Assembly: GCA_951406725.2 (NCBI GenBank)
Contig: OX597816.1
Location: forward strand, 868,001 to 932,000
DNA length: 64,000 nt
Direction of reading: 5' to 3'
From: Octopus vulgaris
Taxonomy: Eukaryota
Under the pieces are notes generated by a model. The model made no database searches. It worked only from the letters and a program-made list of their open reading frames with translations, and was not told the DNA's origin. Positions 59,601 to 64,000 of this stretch are shown here, piece by piece (the stretch's first letter is position 1; each line of letters opens with the position of its first letter). The position numbers were made by a program, and so were the translations under genes.

Positions 59601-61859
59601 TGTTACACTGAAACATCCATTACTATGACCCCTACAAAGGCAACAAGCTGGGAGAATCGTTAGCCTGGCAAAAAGTTTAGAGGGATTTCGTCTGCCACTA
59701 TGTTCTGAGTCCAAATTCCGCTGAGGTCGACTTTGCCTTTCATCCTTTCAGGGTCGATAAATTAAGTACCAGCTGCGTAATGGGGTCGATGTAATCGACT
59801 TGCCCCTTTCCTCAAAACTTCAGGCCTTGTGCCTAGAGTAGAAAAGACTGTGACTACTACAGCCACTAACATTGCTGCTACTGCTGTTGTTGTTGTTGTT
59901 GTTAAGCAACAAGACGGGTCAGGGTGATTAGGTGATGGTCTAGGGCTTAGGGGCGGGAGACCCCAGACCTTGGAGAAAAAAAACTTTGGTCGTCTTGTTG
60001 TAGTCGAGGGCTCTTCGTTGACGCCTGACGCCACTGGGAGGTGGCCCTCGAAGTCGCTGGAAATGGAGATCTCCAGGTCCAAATTCTTGAACGGCTGCTG
60101 CTGCTCCTACAACTTCAACCAGTCTTTCATGACAAAGGATAACTACTACTACTACTACTCATCAGGAGAGAAAGAATGACCAGCAACATGAATTTTGTAA
60201 GAGAAATATGTTCACTCCTAGAACTGATATCATTAAAGATTAATTTATTTCAGCATGACTAAACTGTTTTAAAACAATTGAAACTGGTAGTATATATTTT
60301 GATTGAAATGTAAATATTTTCTTTTATCCGTGATAAAGTTCTCAAAGTATTCCATTTTGTTTTTGACACACACATCTCCAGGTGATAAGCCTGTCCTTTT
60401 CCTTTATTGCATGTCAGTTTTGGAGAATCCTTGACCCTAAGGATCATCTTCCCTTCTTATGGAGCTGGTCTTCATTACTATTTGATAATCATGATACATC
60501 CTATTAGAGGCCAAAGTAATTTTCAAATTACTCAAGGACTAAATATTTTTATACACGGGGCTTATCAAAGTGATCCACCATGGGTGTGTGTGGCAAGCTT
60601 CTGAATAATTTCAGCCCACCAAATTCTCTCACAAGGAACTGATCAGTCAGGGGCTGTAGTACAAGATAGTTGTCAAAGGTGCTGCACAGTAGAGCTGACC
60701 CCAAACTAGATGGATGCACAGAAGACTTCAGCCCACCTAGGCTTACAACTCTAACAACTACCTCATGTATCTAAATAAATAACAGTAGCATTAATTACTG
60801 TGTTAAGTAATTACAGATAATTCTCATTTAATTTTTGCCTGGTGAATATCATGGACCACGTTGAAATTGTTCTTTAGATTTTCATCCTAGTTACAACATC
60901 TACTTACAATTTACCACAAACGTGGGAGCCGAAAAGAATAGATTATACACAACCGGATGCGCTTCTCACATTCCCTTTTTGACCGCTATATCGCACCACT
61001 GTTTTATATCTATAGATAGATAGGTAGATAGATTGATTTCACAAAAACAAATTCCATTTAGTAGAAACCTGAAATGTTTGAACCCATACCAAGTAGACTG
61101 ACATCGTTTTGAGAAACAGGTAAACACCGATCAAGTTCTAAGTTTCTGACGTTTTACAATTTCGACCGCTCGTTCATTGCTTTATACAGTGAGCGGCAGA
61201 AAAATCTCCCATATTTTACATGGACATTGGTGCGGTGCCAGTGAAGTTAGACGGATAATAATGACGTCTTCGTATAACTAACGTTTTACCCTTTCTTTAT
61301 CTCAATCACATTTTGGTTTGGTGTGGGTCATACATTTACTGCTGAAAGTTTTGTCAAGACTAGTGAATTGCAGTATTTTTGTTGCACCCTTTATATTCCG
61401 CCAATATAAAGAGCCTAATATTTATATTAGGCTATTTAAAACGTTTTTTCACTCGCAGCACACCGACATCATTTTGAGGAGAAGGAAAAGACCAAATTCC
61501 TTATATTCCATCTCTGACCAGTCGCTCCCCTATTATATTTATATATTCTACCACATAAACAGCCTAATTTCATTTGGCGCAGCATAAAAGCGTTGCATTC
61601 CCTGACATTGTTTTGAGAAGGAAGAAAGCAGCAATAAATTTCAAAATCCCTCACATATTACAATTTTGGCCACCCGTTCCCTCCGCTATTCATATATTCT
61701 TTATTTCTATATTCTACCACATAAATAGCCCAATTCCATTTGGCTCAGAGTAACACGCTTCGTACTGACAGCAGCAGCAGGCTGACATCATTTGCAGAAG
61801 GAAGAAGATAAAAGCGATAAACATTCTCTCTCTCTATCTCTCTTGGTTTACAAAACTGA

Positions 61860-61976
61860 CATTCCTCCTCCTCCTCCGCCCCGCCCCCCGCTACCACTCA
61901 CTGCGCCTCCGCCCACGCCCGCGCGCGCGCTCACCAAAGGCGCCTCACTTTGGCGAGAGCGAACCTGACCGACAAA
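61860..61976 (+). promoter_or_regulatory. GC/CpG-rich parvin promoter and 5' UTR
   Basis: GC boxes ccgccccgccccc and a (gc)n run directly before the ATG. Confidence 0.6.
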
Positions 61977-62070
61977 ATGGCTCACACCAACCCGACTCCG
62001 ACCAAGAAGAAAGAAGAATCGTTCTTCGATAAAATTGGAACTTTAACATCGAAAAAGAAGACCAAGGAAG
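61977..62070 (+). CDS. PARVB: Parvin family, first coding exon (gene continues beyond the window)
   Basis: MAHTNPTPTKKKEESFFDKIGTLTSKKKTKE matches the parvin N-terminal pattern (K.(D/E)SF..K..TL.RKK..KEV); phase-1 donor AAG|gttcga. The alpha/beta paralog cannot be resolved, so the symbol is nominal. Confidence 0.75.
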
Positions 62071-64000
62071 GTTCGATTTATTTAATAGTCATAATAATTA
62101 TTATAAACTACTTTAAATATACGTGTCTATGTGTGTGTTAACGCCTGGCATAACTTGTTGCTGCCTGATCCTCTCCAAAGGTGCCAAACACCTTCGCAAC
62201 CCACGGCCGCCTCTGGAATGTTACCATCTTGGTTCGCATTCCAATTATGGGCGCGGGCGAGATCCACAACTTTTCTCTCTTCGTCTTGCATTATACTTAA
62301 TGAAAAAGAAATTAACGATCCTTAGTTATTTCTCAGAGGACTCGTCTTTATATATATTTATTTATGGGGAGAGATAATCTGCCCTGCATGGGACCCGGGA
62401 AGACTTTAGTTCGAACGGGAACTCACTGCACGTTTTGTGTAGAGACCCTTTTACGCATTCGTGAAAGGGATGACCTCTCCGCCGGGCCCTTTCCTACACA
62501 CACACACACATGCCATGTACGGATACCTATTAAAAATATACATTTTTCTGAAAGTTATGAGGAAACAAAGCCGTGCGAGTACACTTGTGTAGGTTTGCCT
62601 ATTGGCCCTCTCTCTTTCTCTCTCCTATATATATATATATATTATATGTGTGTGTGTGTGTGTGTAATTTTATTTTGGTTACCATCTTGAACGTTGTAAT
62701 TTCTTCAAGTTCATCAAAAGTATATTTTCACCCAACATTCACAATTTCTTATTTTCCATCCTGTTTATATTATGTCAACATTTTGCATAGAAATAGGTTC
62801 TCACATCAATTTTAAATGAGAAAGGGTATATTTTATTTGTCTGAAATTTTTATCGATATCTAAGGTAAGGTTTAGAAATTCGGTTGATCGGAGTTGACGA
62901 CTCGATTTTGATAATTGAAAAAGTTGCTGTCTCGTTTATGATACATTTGGAAAGTGTAGGAATTTCGAAACTTCCTCCATCCCTTCCTTCGAGTTATGCG
63001 CTCTGGTGTTTAGCGGAAATAATCTAATAATTTAATTGACATTGCAATATAAAGTTAAGAGAATCACCAAAGTGTCCAACAAAATAGTTTTGACAAGTTT
63101 CTTCCTCGCTGTCGCTTGTCAACTATTGAGATCGATAAAATATATTTTAGAAATGCTGCAAAAGCAATAAACTGGAGCCGATTCGACCAAACAATACTTC
63201 TTTATCTATTTTTATTTTTCTCTCTCCAGATATACACACACACATACTTTTTGTAAATGACGATTACAAGTATTGAGTTGTCTTTCAATTTAATGTTGAA
63301 TCGTTTTTATTTATAACTTTACATTAAACTGGCAACGATTGCTTACCTATAAACTTATATAAACGGTAATGGCATCATGTTTTAGTTTCCAGAAATTTAT
63401 GCGAATTTTCAAAGCTTTCCGAAACTCTAGCCGTAAGATGCAACTGTAAACAGTTGAGTTTTACTAATTAAGACGATAATTAATGCCATGTTTGACAAAT
63501 ACTAAATAAAAAAAAAAAAGAACTTTCCCAAGTTTGACACCACATTTACAAGTTTATACAGAAAGAGTTTTCTTTTCAAAATATATAAAAATTGGATGGA
63601 AAAGAGTAAATTTAATAAAAACAATTTTTCATTTTTCACCAGATTTACCCACTTGCAATTCATTAATAGTATTTATTTTGTTGAGTCTCCAAAAGGGATT
63701 TTCAACCCAGTATTTTCACATACTTCGAGATACTCCAAAGAAGAGTTTGTGGTTTGACAATCTACCAAGTGATATCGCTTCAAGCATTATCTTTATATAA
63801 CCGTCCAGTTGTATGACCCTAATTAAAAACCGGATATAACAACAGATGTGTGACCCTGCAACCCCCCAACGGCTCTGTTTCTTCATAAATTCCTGAAAAA
63901 TGGATATTTTTAAAAATAAAGTTGAGGTGTGTGAATTATCTGTCCTCTTTCCTATTTTTTTACACATCAACTCCCGACATAATCGTAATCTGTACCATCT

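Noticed and set aside
59915-60130. GC-rich block with ttaggg-like words and a 106-aa ORF
   Set aside because: Not a true telomeric array; the ORF runs into a microsatellite and a SINE, and no family was recognised.

Overview
AT-rich, repeat-dense animal genomic DNA. The repeat families and protein sequences suggest a cephalopod (octopus-like); this is an inference. Genes: a 7-exon RPL13A on the minus strand (29684-39873, 203 aa), head-to-head across about 200 bp with an intronless SF3A1 (40074-42485), and the first coding exon of a parvin gene (61977-62070). RPL13A introns 4 and 5 carry seven box C/D snoRNA candidates: four of the SNORD33/U33 family (two with a shared altered guide) and three of the SNORD34/U34 family. 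Intron 3 has two hairpin-ACA candidates. The rest is mostly mobile DNA: a near full-length young CR1-type LINE and a truncated sister copy, RTE LINEs with a PHD-like finger and many short copies of their 3' tail, R4/Dong-like fragments, a Penelope-like element with decayed hammerhead motifs, nested Helitrons, Tigger and hAT remnants, tRNA-derived SINEs and microsatellites. Most short ORFs in the track are repeat artefacts. All calls come from reading the sequence by eye; no searches were run.
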